Origin: Nitrososphaeria archaeon
GTDB taxonomy: Archaea; Thermoproteota; Nitrososphaeria; Nitrososphaerales; JAAOZN01
Direction: 5' to 3'
Length of the DNA stretch: 64,000 nt
NCBI GenBank assembly: GCA_029775855.1
Contig: JARVJZ010000002.1
Coordinates: 160,001 to 224,000 of the forward strand
The translations under genes and the position numbers were made by a program. The notes under the pieces were generated by a model. The model did no database searches. It was given only the letters and a program-made list of their open reading frames with translations, and had not been told where the DNA came from. Positions 39,244 to 47,131 of the stretch are shown one piece after another (the stretch's first letter is position 1; every line of letters starts with the position of its first letter).

Positions 39244-40433
39244 TTAGACTGTGCCTCCTCTGTAAGTTGAAAACCAATTTTTGCAAGTATGCGCCTGACT
39301 TCATCGACTCTGATGAAACCGAGTTCTCCAGCACGCAGCAGATGCTCAAACTCCACTTTAGGCGGCTCAACTTGACCCCAATTAAGGCGCACAGAAGCCG
39401 CAACTGGGTCGTAGCCTTCTTGCATTACTATTAGTGAGAAGATCTTACGCTCTACTACCCTCTTAATGTATCTCTGGAGTGAGCGGATAAGCCTCTCGAA
39501 CTGCTCCTGCACTACACGAGCGGATGCTTCAGTGTATCCTGGGGTTGTAAAGAGCTTTATTATAGGTGTCTGAAGAGCCTTGATGTATGCGTTTTCAAAG
39601 TATTGCAATATAAAGTCTAGCTTCCCTCTTAGATCTAGAGTTTCTTCTACGATCTTGACATCTTTGTTTACTGCTATGCGCTCACCAGCATCTAGCTTAC
39701 CGATAAGGTTGGCTTGAGTCTGTATCCAACTATCGCTTGCATCTATGAAGACCCAAGCTGATTTGGGTATATAGTGGTGAAGGAGTTTACGGAGGTCATC
39801 CCTTAACATAGCCTTTATCTTATAGAGTGAAGGAACTACTCTTGTTGTAGAGGAGCCGTCGCTAAATTTGAGGGTGTAGGTTAAGGTTTCAGAAAGAGAA
39901 TGAAGCAGCCCTCTACCGAATGCTTCGCCGTTAACAGGACTCCAACGCCAGTGTATAATCTCTTCTGGTCTGAATTCTACTTTATTTGGTGGTTTATGCT
40001 GCTCTATCTTTAAAACATTGCCATCTAAGCTACGGTAGATTTGCCAAGTGCATCCGATTGGGAGGATCTTCAGATCTTTTAGGTTAGAGGGTGATATTAA
40101 CTCGGTAAAGGAGTTTCCATACGCTACAATCTCTTTTGCGACTTCCAGCAGATAGATGTCTAAGCCTACAGATTCAGCAAATTGATCAACGGCTCTTTTT
40201 GCTTCTTCATAACCTTCTGCACAAGTTGTGTGGAACCCTTGTCCTACTATGGCTTGGGCGTAGAAGTCTACTGCTGCTTTTGCGTCTTCGTCTTTTTTGT
40301 ATATTTCGACTAGAGTTGTGAAGGCTGGCTCTGGTGTTTCTGGTGTGGTTGGTGTGGGTATAGTCTTGACTACCCCTTTTTCTTTCAGTAGGTTGTTGAT
40401 CTTATTTTTTATGACCGCTATTTGACTGCTCAT
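39240..40433 (-). CDS. Phage portal protein
   Basis: AKAAVDFYAQAIVGQGF, EIVAYGNSFTEL, FRPEEIIHWRW...FGRGLL, C-terminal GFIRVDEVRRIL. Its stop overlaps the protease start (ATGA). Confidence 0.85.
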   Translation of the reverse strand: MSSQIAVIKNKINNLLKEKGVVKTIPTPTTPETPEPAFTTLVEIYKKDEDAKAAVDFYAQAIVGQGFHTTCAEGYEEAKRAVDQFAESVGLDIYLLEVAKEIVAYGNSFTELISPSNLKDLKILPIGCTWQIYRSLDGNVLKIEQHKPPNKVEFRPEEIIHWRWSPVNGEAFGRGLLHSLSETLTYTLKFSDGSSTTRVVPSLYKIKAMLRDDLRKLLHHYIPKSAWVFIDASDSWIQTQANLIGKLDAGERIAVNKDVKIVEETLDLRGKLDFILQYFENAYIKALQTPIIKLFTTPGYTEASARVVQEQFERLIRSLQRYIKRVVERKIFSLIVMQEGYDPVAASVRLNWGQVEPPKVEFEHLLRAGELGFIRVDEVRRILAKIGFQLTEEAQSK

Positions 40434-40448
40434 CTACGGTCGCTTGAT

Positions 40449-40545
40449 GGTAGGTTTACCAGCTATTTAAGAGTTGCTCTTAAACCTCTTTCAACTGGTC
40501 AATAGACTGGTGTTAAACTAAAAAAGATAAGGTATATATTTAGTT
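40449..40545. promoter_or_regulatory. Divergent promoters (portal operon / RHH gene) with a perfect inverted repeat over the portal TATA box
   Basis: TTTAAGAG-TTG-CTCTTAAA at 40466-40484 overlaps the minus-strand TTAAATA (40464-40470). Plus-strand TATATATT near 40533. Confidence 0.55.
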
Positions 40546-40561
40546 AAACAAGCATCTACAT

Positions 40562-40777
40562 TTGGTCAATATGCCGGCAAAAGGTAGGAAGGGCATAACC
40601 ATCTACGAAGAAACATTTGAACTATTCAACAGATTCTACGAAGAGCATAGAGAAGAACTAAGGGCAAGAAACATAGCCTCAGTAAGCTCACTTATAATAG
40701 AATGTGCAATAAATGGCTTAGATAAGCTTAGGGATATGCTTGAAGGAGAGAAGAAGGCAAAAGCAGCTAAATCGTAG
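40562..40777 (+). CDS. Ribbon-helix-helix-like DNA-binding protein, divergent from the portal (start probably 40571)
   Basis: MPAKGRKGITIYEETFELF...SVSSLIIECA: strand-helix-helix pattern. Confidence 0.6.
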   Translation: MVNMPAKGRKGITIYEETFELFNRFYEEHREELRARNIASVSSLIIECAINGLDKLRDMLEGEKKAKAAKS

Positions 40778-40780
40778 CCC

Positions 40781-41044
40781 TCACTTATCTTGCACATCCT
40801 TTTTCTCTGGAATGCCGAGGCTTAGGCAGATTAGGCTCCTTACTTCGTCTTCGCTTAAACCCGTCTGTTGGCTTATCACTTTAACGATTATCTTGGCGGC
40901 AGCGTCTTCTAGCCTCTTGACTCGCGCATGTAGCATTTTAAGTTCTTCGTTCATCTCTCTTAATCTAATTTCTACTAAATCCCTGAGTGTTAGTAGTTCT
41001 CCGTTTATTCTCCTTAACTCTTCTTCTAACGCTTCTGGATACAT
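40781..41044 (-). CDS. Small coiled-coil hypothetical protein
   Basis: Heptad-rich N-terminus, then QTGLSEDEVRSLI. Confidence 0.55.
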   Translation of the reverse strand: MYPEALEEELRRINGELLTLRDLVEIRLREMNEELKMLHARVKRLEDAAAKIIVKVISQQTGLSEDEVRSLICLSLGIPEKKDVQDK

Positions 41045-41077
41045 AAGAGTAGTTATGTGATGAGGTTAAAGAAAAGA

Positions 41078-42118
41078 TTAGCGGTCTGTAAAGTATGGTT
41101 TTATTCTCTTACAGAGCGCCTCAGGCGCCTCAAAGACTTCGCTAGAGTTTAACATAAAGGGCAAGCTCCAAACATCATTCAGATAGAGGGGTTTAAGACC
41201 GGGTCTGGAAGCTATCTCCAAACCGCACCAAAAGTGGTTTGAATCTTCTTGGGCTGAATATAGGCAAGCGTTGAAGGCTCCTATACCTTCGCTGCTATAG
41301 AATTTTAGCGTATTTTCCAATCCTTTCGCTATATGTTGAGTGTCTTCTTCACTTAGATCGCTTATACTTGATTTCCAAGATACAGTTGCTCTAACTTCGT
41401 TCTGCCTGAGAGGTGCATAGGGTAGATACCATTCGACCGAGCCTAGTTTGGCGAGGTATCTTTCGCCAAGATTCTTCTCAATCTCTGTAAGTGTTTGCCA
41501 GAAGCATTTACCTTGCTCCTCAAAGTATCTTCTGCTGCTTGAGATCAGCAGTTTTAGGCGGTTGAAAGGTGTGGTTGAAGCTAAGAGCTGCGCATGCGGA
41601 TGGGCTACTGAGGAGCCAGCGGTCGGAAGGTAGTTAATTACGAAGGCGGAATATTTTACATCTGGATTAACCTTAGATATCTTTTGAAGCATTATCTTTG
41701 CAGCAGATATGGCTTGGCTTAGAATGGAGCTGTTAAACTCACCTAATTTAAGGTCGTGCTTCTTACCTAAAACAATCACAGCATTATACTCAGCGTGAGC
41801 AAATAGGCTTGGGAAAGCGGCTACATCACCTAACCTAAGCAAACCTTCTTCAACAACATCCGCCGGAAAGCGAGCAGCACGAGCTTCTAAATTTTCTTCA
41901 CAGAAGGGGCAGCCTACTTTACTTTCCTCAAAGAAGCGGTTTAATGTATTATCGTCACCGAGAAAGAACTTTTTCACATACTCTGCTCTACCAGGTGTGA
42001 TTAGGGTTGATTCTTCTGTTAGCGGGTCGAATCTGTATTCTATGTGCTGCTCTTCTAGTTCGAAGTTCTTCAAGGGGTTATGTAGCCTAGCTTTTTTAGT
42101 AAATGATTTGAAGCGCAT
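41078..42118 (-). CDS. Galactose-1-phosphate uridylyltransferase-like (GalT/HIT) protein
   Basis: EYRFDPLT, GCPFCE, AGSSVAHPHAQ. Confidence 0.85.
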   Translation of the reverse strand: MRFKSFTKKARLHNPLKNFELEEQHIEYRFDPLTEESTLITPGRAEYVKKFFLGDDNTLNRFFEESKVGCPFCEENLEARAARFPADVVEEGLLRLGDVAAFPSLFAHAEYNAVIVLGKKHDLKLGEFNSSILSQAISAAKIMLQKISKVNPDVKYSAFVINYLPTAGSSVAHPHAQLLASTTPFNRLKLLISSSRRYFEEQGKCFWQTLTEIEKNLGERYLAKLGSVEWYLPYAPLRQNEVRATVSWKSSISDLSEEDTQHIAKGLENTLKFYSSEGIGAFNACLYSAQEDSNHFWCGLEIASRPGLKPLYLNDVWSLPFMLNSSEVFEAPEALCKRIKPYFTDR

Positions 42119-42206
42119 CGTTTAAACTTCTTCTTACTTCTGCTTTAAGTATTCTGCTCAACAGTAAGTTTAATTCTCTTAGGGCATATGATGGGGTGAT
42201 AATAGG

Positions 42207-43094
42207 TTGGTTTTAGAGACCTTCCTTGGCTCCGCGCTCGCCCTTTTAACAGCCTTCGGCTGGGCGCTTACTTCTGTTCTTCTAAGGCGGGTTAGAGGTG
42301 TCGTTATGCCCTTTCAAAGCGCATTTATTTCATCAATTATAGGGGTTGTTGTCATTTTAACCTCATCTATGGTGTTAGGTGACGCGCAAAATCTGCTCAG
42401 TATTACACCTACAGCAGCCTCATACTGCGTTGCAGCGGGTCTAGCAAACTTCGCCTTAGGTAGGTTCCTCTGGTATAGCGGGATAAACATGATCGGAGCG
42501 TCGCGTTCAAACTCTATTGTCGCATTAGAGATCTTGTTCGCACCACTCTTGGCTGTTCTGCTTCTTAAAGAAGTAGCTGAAGTAGCTATCGCAGCAGCCA
42601 TATTAGTCATTTTGGTGGGTGTGCTTTTGATCTCTAAAAGCTACAGCTCTTCTGACACATTTGTGGGGCGCCGAGAATTTTACATCGGTATTTTGATTTC
42701 TTTAGGCGCTGCGGTAGTCTTCTCCTTTGGCGCTCTTTTAACTAAGTTAGCCGTAGTTTCTGTTGGTTCACCTCTTATAGCATTTGTTGTTGGCAGCTTG
42801 GCTTCGAGTGTCGTTTTAGCGCCTGCGGTAAAGGGGCTTGGTGCTGGCTATGGGCGGAGAGACTGGTTTATTCTTATCTCGGCTGGATTCTCGCACGCGG
42901 TTGCTGGTTTAGCGTATTGGAGTGCATTAAAGTTTGCGACAGTAGTTTTAGTTACGCCTTTGACTCAAGCATATCCACTTTTCACCCTACTCCTCTCATA
43001 CCTCTACATAAAAAGACTTGAGAATCTTAACCTACGGGTGGTCTTAGGCGCAACACTCGTAACAATAGGCGTAGTAGCAGCGACTTTAAGTTAA
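42207..43094 (+). CDS. EamA/DMT-family transporter
   Basis: Ten TM helices in two EamA repeats (IGASRS; LAVLLLKE; YPLFTLLLS). Confidence 0.9.
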   Translation: MVLETFLGSALALLTAFGWALTSVLLRRVRGVVMPFQSAFISSIIGVVVILTSSMVLGDAQNLLSITPTAASYCVAAGLANFALGRFLWYSGINMIGASRSNSIVALEILFAPLLAVLLLKEVAEVAIAAAILVILVGVLLISKSYSSSDTFVGRREFYIGILISLGAAVVFSFGALLTKLAVVSVGSPLIAFVVGSLASSVVLAPAVKGLGAGYGRRDWFILISAGFSHAVAGLAYWSALKFATVVLVTPLTQAYPLFTLLLSYLYIKRLENLNLRVVLGATLVTIGVVAATLS

Positions 43095-43125
43095 AAAGAG
43101 CAAGCAGACTAATAATATTTGTAAG

Positions 43126-44109
43126 ATGACTGGTAGAATAGAGCACACATATACTCTTAAAGCTCCAAATAAAGGAGTGTTCGAAGCGCACATAGACCCG
43201 CAGACTCTAGCCGAAGCGCTCTCACCCTACAACTTTAAGATGTTAAGAGCTTCTGAAATTGTATTTGGTGCCAAGCTGCATATCCAGACAACTTTACTTG
43301 GGCAGAAGTTTGAGTGGTTAATTGAAGTAGATGAAGCGCATGAGAATGTTCTCTCATACAAAGTTAACGCTACTGAAGGGTCTTGGCTTAAACTCCGCAT
43401 CACTGAAAGATTTCAACCTAAGATCGACGGAGTTGAAGTTAGATATTTAGTTGAATATGAGGCACCTCTAATGTTCACCCCTATCATAAAAAAGATGTTA
43501 ACACATATGCTCCAAGCAAAGGAAGACGCTGTTAAAAGGAGATTTAATCAGCTTACTGAAGTTAAGGAGAGGAAGCCTCTCACCTATCCACTCCACCTCT
43601 TTAACACGCTACAAATCATCGGTTTAATATTAGCAAGTGGGTTATTGATTACAGCCTCATCTTTAACCCCGCCACTAAGCTATATACTGGCATTGCTCTC
43701 TTGGATACTCTACTGGTTCACTCCACATGGCTTAGCCCACTACCTTGTGGGTAAAGTGTTAGGTATACGGTTTTCACATTATTTCATAGGGTTATCCAAC
43801 CTCTACAGACTAAAATTTATTCCTACACAGCTCAAGTTGATGCTCTTCACCTTAGGTATAAAGACGGAGAGCAAAAGCCTTTCAGCAGCTTCGCCTCGTG
43901 CAAAGGCTACTATGTATGCTGCTGGTGCTGTTGCGTCTATGGCTCTGCCCTTTACTACACCCATTTACTTACTCTATGTAGGCTTGTTTAACGAAGGAGT
44001 TCTTTTCCTCACCCTTTCTATTTTGAGTGCAGTCTTTTCAATCTACTTCAGCTTTAGAGCTGGAGACCTATGGAAGGCTACTCGCGCTCTAAGAAAAGGA
44101 GCGCTTTAA
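43126..44109 (+). CDS. SRPBCC(START)-like domain fused to a membrane domain with an HxxxH motif (M50-peptidase-like, no catalytic Glu)
   Basis: N-terminal polyketide-cyclase-like pattern; C-terminal TM segments with PHGLAHYLVG...AAG...GDL. Confidence 0.55.
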   Translation: MTGRIEHTYTLKAPNKGVFEAHIDPQTLAEALSPYNFKMLRASEIVFGAKLHIQTTLLGQKFEWLIEVDEAHENVLSYKVNATEGSWLKLRITERFQPKIDGVEVRYLVEYEAPLMFTPIIKKMLTHMLQAKEDAVKRRFNQLTEVKERKPLTYPLHLFNTLQIIGLILASGLLITASSLTPPLSYILALLSWILYWFTPHGLAHYLVGKVLGIRFSHYFIGLSNLYRLKFIPTQLKLMLFTLGIKTESKSLSAASPRAKATMYAAGAVASMALPFTTPIYLLYVGLFNEGVLFLTLSILSAVFSIYFSFRAGDLWKATRALRKGAL

Positions 44110-44276
44110 AGTGCTTTGAAGATCTCTAAGGCGAAGTCGTGTATTGAGAGAATCGCCCCACAGTGCTTGCATCTAAACTTTCCATCTTTTGAATTTAAGA
44201 TTTCCTTAGTAGGTTTTAATTCAAACCCTGAATATAGGCTTGCGCCACATACACTACATACTATTTCAATAACCAA
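44106..44276 (-). CDS. 56-aa zinc-ribbon protein (not in the ORF track)
   Basis: TTG start; MVIEIVCSVCGASLYSGFELKPTKEILNSKDGKFRCKHCGAILSIHDFALEIFKAL contains two CxxC pairs. Confidence 0.8.
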   Translation of the reverse strand: MVIEIVCSVCGASLYSGFELKPTKEILNSKDGKFRCKHCGAILSIHDFALEIFKAL

Positions 44277-44314
44277 GTATAATCAGAGAAGTTGTTTCAT
44301 AAGTTAAATATAAA

Positions 44315-45094
44315 CTATTGTTTCACAGCTGATAACCCCCTAATGAATATACACCTACTATCCTCAATTACAAGATCCTCAAGATCAACGGGCTTGTCGA
44401 TTATAGTCAAGCCACTGTTTCTAACGATAACAATGGGTATGCTCTCACTGGTTTCACCCATCACCAAGCTAGCACCAGCACTTATGTCATCAGCAAGAGC
44501 CCGCTTTGTAACCCTCATAATGTTCCCAAAGAGGTCTGGTTTGCCTCTCTCATCACTAACAGCCTCAAAGCCCGCAGCCGCCAAGGCTATTCCTATAGTG
44601 CCGATTCTTGTAGGCATAAGCCTACTATCAGTAACCACAACCCCAACTCTCTTACCTAAATCTGTCAGAATCTGAAGGCGAAGCCTCTCAGCACTAGCAG
44701 CAGGGTTCCTTGGATAAAGTATGGCTAAGCCGCGCTTTACATTTGACCTATCTATGCCAGCATTAGGCACAACTACACCATATTTAATGGTTAAGACGAA
44801 CCCTGGTAGAGCTGCGTAGATTTTATCAGCTTCCCTTAAGATTAGTTCGGCTAAGCTGCTCGGTATGTGGGCTACACTAGAGAGTCTGATAGCCTCTTGA
44901 CTCACTTTAACCGAGTCGAGTTTAACTATTCTGCCTTCTGATAAGGCTATAAATTTACTTGAGATAGCCAATATATCGTTATCTAAAATATCTTCGCGTT
45001 GATCTTCTACAGCTTTCTTTATGGTTTCGTAGAGGTTGAAAACACCATCCATAGCAGGGGCTTTTATCGGTATGTATTCTACGCGCCTCAACAC
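44315..45094 (-). CDS. cofE: CofE-family (F420:glutamate ligase-like) paralog
   Basis: ISSKFIALSEGR, PNAGIDRSN, TDSRLMPTRIGT, DERGKPDLFG, ADDISAGASLVMGE. Confidence 0.85.
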   Translation of the reverse strand: MLRRVEYIPIKAPAMDGVFNLYETIKKAVEDQREDILDNDILAISSKFIALSEGRIVKLDSVKVSQEAIRLSSVAHIPSSLAELILREADKIYAALPGFVLTIKYGVVVPNAGIDRSNVKRGLAILYPRNPAASAERLRLQILTDLGKRVGVVVTDSRLMPTRIGTIGIALAAAGFEAVSDERGKPDLFGNIMRVTKRALADDISAGASLVMGETSESIPIVIVRNSGLTIIDKPVDLEDLVIEDSRCIFIRGLSAVKQ

Positions 45095-45126
45095 CGCTAG
45101 GAAAGCGTATAAGGTTATTTAACCAA

Positions 45127-46260
45127 ATGTCTAACGGTTTGAAGAAGACGCAACTATTTTCTTATCACATTGAACACGGTAAGATGGTTGATTTCGCCGG
45201 CTTCAACCTACCTTTATACTACAGCAGCATAGTAGATGAACACAACTCTGTAAGAGAGAAGGCAGGCATCTTTGACATCTCACATATGGGTAGGATAAAA
45301 GTAGTCGGTAAGGATGCCACATCAGTCTTGGATCACTTAGTTCCAAGCGATATAGCCAACCTAAAAGAAGGCAAAGCAAAGTATACAGTCCTATGCAACG
45401 AATCTGGGGGAATAGTTGATGACATTATCATCTTAAAGGTCACGGCTGAAGAATTTATCGTAGTCGTCAACGCCGTAAATAGGGAAAAAGACCTCACATG
45501 GATGCAAAAGCAAAGCCTAGGATTCGACGCCAAGATAGAGGACATCTCAGATAACACGGCACTCATATCTGTCCAAGGACCTATGTCTGCGGAGGTTGTG
45601 AGGAAGATAAGTGATTTAAATCTGGATGGGTTACAACGCTTCAACCATACTAAAGCTAAACTCTTATCTTACGAAGCCTTAATTTCGCGGACTGGCTACA
45701 CTGGTGAAGACGGCTTTGAGATCTTTTTACCCGATTGTAGCGTCGACGCTCCTGAAAGAGCTCTTCAAGTTTGGGGTAGGCTTATAGAGGAGGGTGCTAA
45801 ACCCTGCGGCTTGGGTGCAAGGGATACTCTAAGGCTTGAGGCTGGAATGTGCCTCTATGCTCAAGACATTGATGAGAGCACTACACCTTTGGAGGCGGCT
45901 CTATCTTGGTTGATTAAAGTTGATAAAAGAGGCTACATAGGATACGAATCTTTAGCCACGCAGATGCAAAAAGGTATACGCAGACTCAGGGTCTGCTTCA
46001 TCTTACAGGAAGGCATCGCCAGAAGGGGCTACAACATCTTCTCTGAGAGTAAAGAAAAGGTTGGCGTGGTTACAAGTGGAACCTATTCGCCTACACTAAG
46101 GAAAGGGGTTGGTATGGGTTATGTGGAGGTAGAATATGCTAAACCTGAGACCAAGTTGCTTATAGATGTCAGAGGTAAGCTGTGTTGCGCTGTGGTTAAG
46201 AAACCGCCGCTTTACGATACTACAAAATATGGATGGAGTAGACAACACCAACCCGTTTAA
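45127..46260 (+). CDS. gcvT: Glycine cleavage system aminomethyltransferase T
   Basis: FAGFNLPLYY, IFDISHMG, SRTGYTGEDGFE, GLGARDTLRLEAG, TSGTYSP. Confidence 0.95.
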   Translation: MSNGLKKTQLFSYHIEHGKMVDFAGFNLPLYYSSIVDEHNSVREKAGIFDISHMGRIKVVGKDATSVLDHLVPSDIANLKEGKAKYTVLCNESGGIVDDIIILKVTAEEFIVVVNAVNREKDLTWMQKQSLGFDAKIEDISDNTALISVQGPMSAEVVRKISDLNLDGLQRFNHTKAKLLSYEALISRTGYTGEDGFEIFLPDCSVDAPERALQVWGRLIEEGAKPCGLGARDTLRLEAGMCLYAQDIDESTTPLEAALSWLIKVDKRGYIGYESLATQMQKGIRRLRVCFILQEGIARRGYNIFSESKEKVGVVTSGTYSPTLRKGVGMGYVEVEYAKPETKLLIDVRGKLCCAVVKKPPLYDTTKYGWSRQHQPV

Positions 46261-46276
46261 ATAGTATGTTGGTTTA

Positions 46277-47131
46277 TTGTGGTCAGATTTGGCGAGGGTT
46301 ATACTCTTCTCTTATACACCTGATTTAGAGAGGGTCTGCGCCGCTGCTATGCGCTCCTGCTACTCACCTCATCCAGCATACGCGATTTATACTAACACGC
46401 CAGACGCTGGCTCTATTTTAGAAGGTGAGAAAACTTTCTTTGACGATGAGAGGGTAAGATACTTCATAAGAAAAGCTAAGGAGATGGGGCATATGGATGT
46501 ATTAGAGCACGGCTCACTGACCTACGACCTTCAAGGTGTAAGCAGAACCTTAACACACCAATTAGTAAGACATAGGCTTGCATCTTTCTCTCAGCAGAGC
46601 CAAAGATATGTCAAGATCACAAGAAGTTTTGGCTATATCAAGCCTCCTAAGATAGGGGATGCAAAAGTAGAGGTGAATATACATAACATTAAGCTTAATC
46701 TAAGTTTTGAGGATATTGTTGATATAACGAGACAGGCTGAAGAAGGCTACCTTGCTCTGAAGCATAGCGCAGAAGATGCGAGATTCATAAGAATAGGCGG
46801 AGCATCAACTAACATAGTTATAACAGCCAACCCAAGAGAATATCTTCACATCTTCAGCCTAAGGTGCTCTAAGGATGCACAGTGGGAGATTCAAGATGCG
46901 TGCTACGCCATGTTAGCTTTGGCAAAGCTGCTAGCACCCACAATCTTCGAAACCTTACCTGAAAGCGGTCAAGACACATATATTAGAGAGAGGTTGGAGA
47001 AGATTGATAAGATCTTAGAGCCCATAAGAACTAAATTTAACGAAGCTAAGCGTGGCGAATTAATCGAAGTACCCTTAAACGAACTACCCTTACACCATCA
47101 AGTTGAAGCATATATTAGGAAGATCTGGTGA
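46277..47131 (+). CDS. thyX: Flavin-dependent thymidylate synthase
   Basis: GH.DVLEH, SRTLTHQLVRHRLASFSQQSQRY, EDARF, LRC...AQWEI. Confidence 0.95.
   Translation: MWSDLARVILFSYTPDLERVCAAAMRSCYSPHPAYAIYTNTPDAGSILEGEKTFFDDERVRYFIRKAKEMGHMDVLEHGSLTYDLQGVSRTLTHQLVRHRLASFSQQSQRYVKITRSFGYIKPPKIGDAKVEVNIHNIKLNLSFEDIVDITRQAEEGYLALKHSAEDARFIRIGGASTNIVITANPREYLHIFSLRCSKDAQWEIQDACYAMLALAKLLAPTIFETLPESGQDTYIRERLEKIDKILEPIRTKFNEAKRGELIEVPLNELPLHHQVEAYIRKIW

Larger units (their letters stand above)
36595..41044. mobile_element. Head-only Caudoviricetes-derived cassette (defective provirus or domesticated capsid module)
   Basis: Portal-protease-decoration-MCP plus two RHH-like genes between housekeeping genes. 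No terminase, tail, integrase or att site seen. Confidence 0.7.

Noticed and set aside
36595-41078. Complete provirus or att-bounded integrated element
   Set aside because: No integrase, terminase, tail or replication genes, and no flanking direct repeat or tRNA fragment found. The only tRNA in the window is ~21 kb away.
44116-44307. Listed plus-strand 63-aa ORF
   Set aside because: Antisense shadow of the more convincing minus-strand zinc-ribbon ORF 44106-44276.
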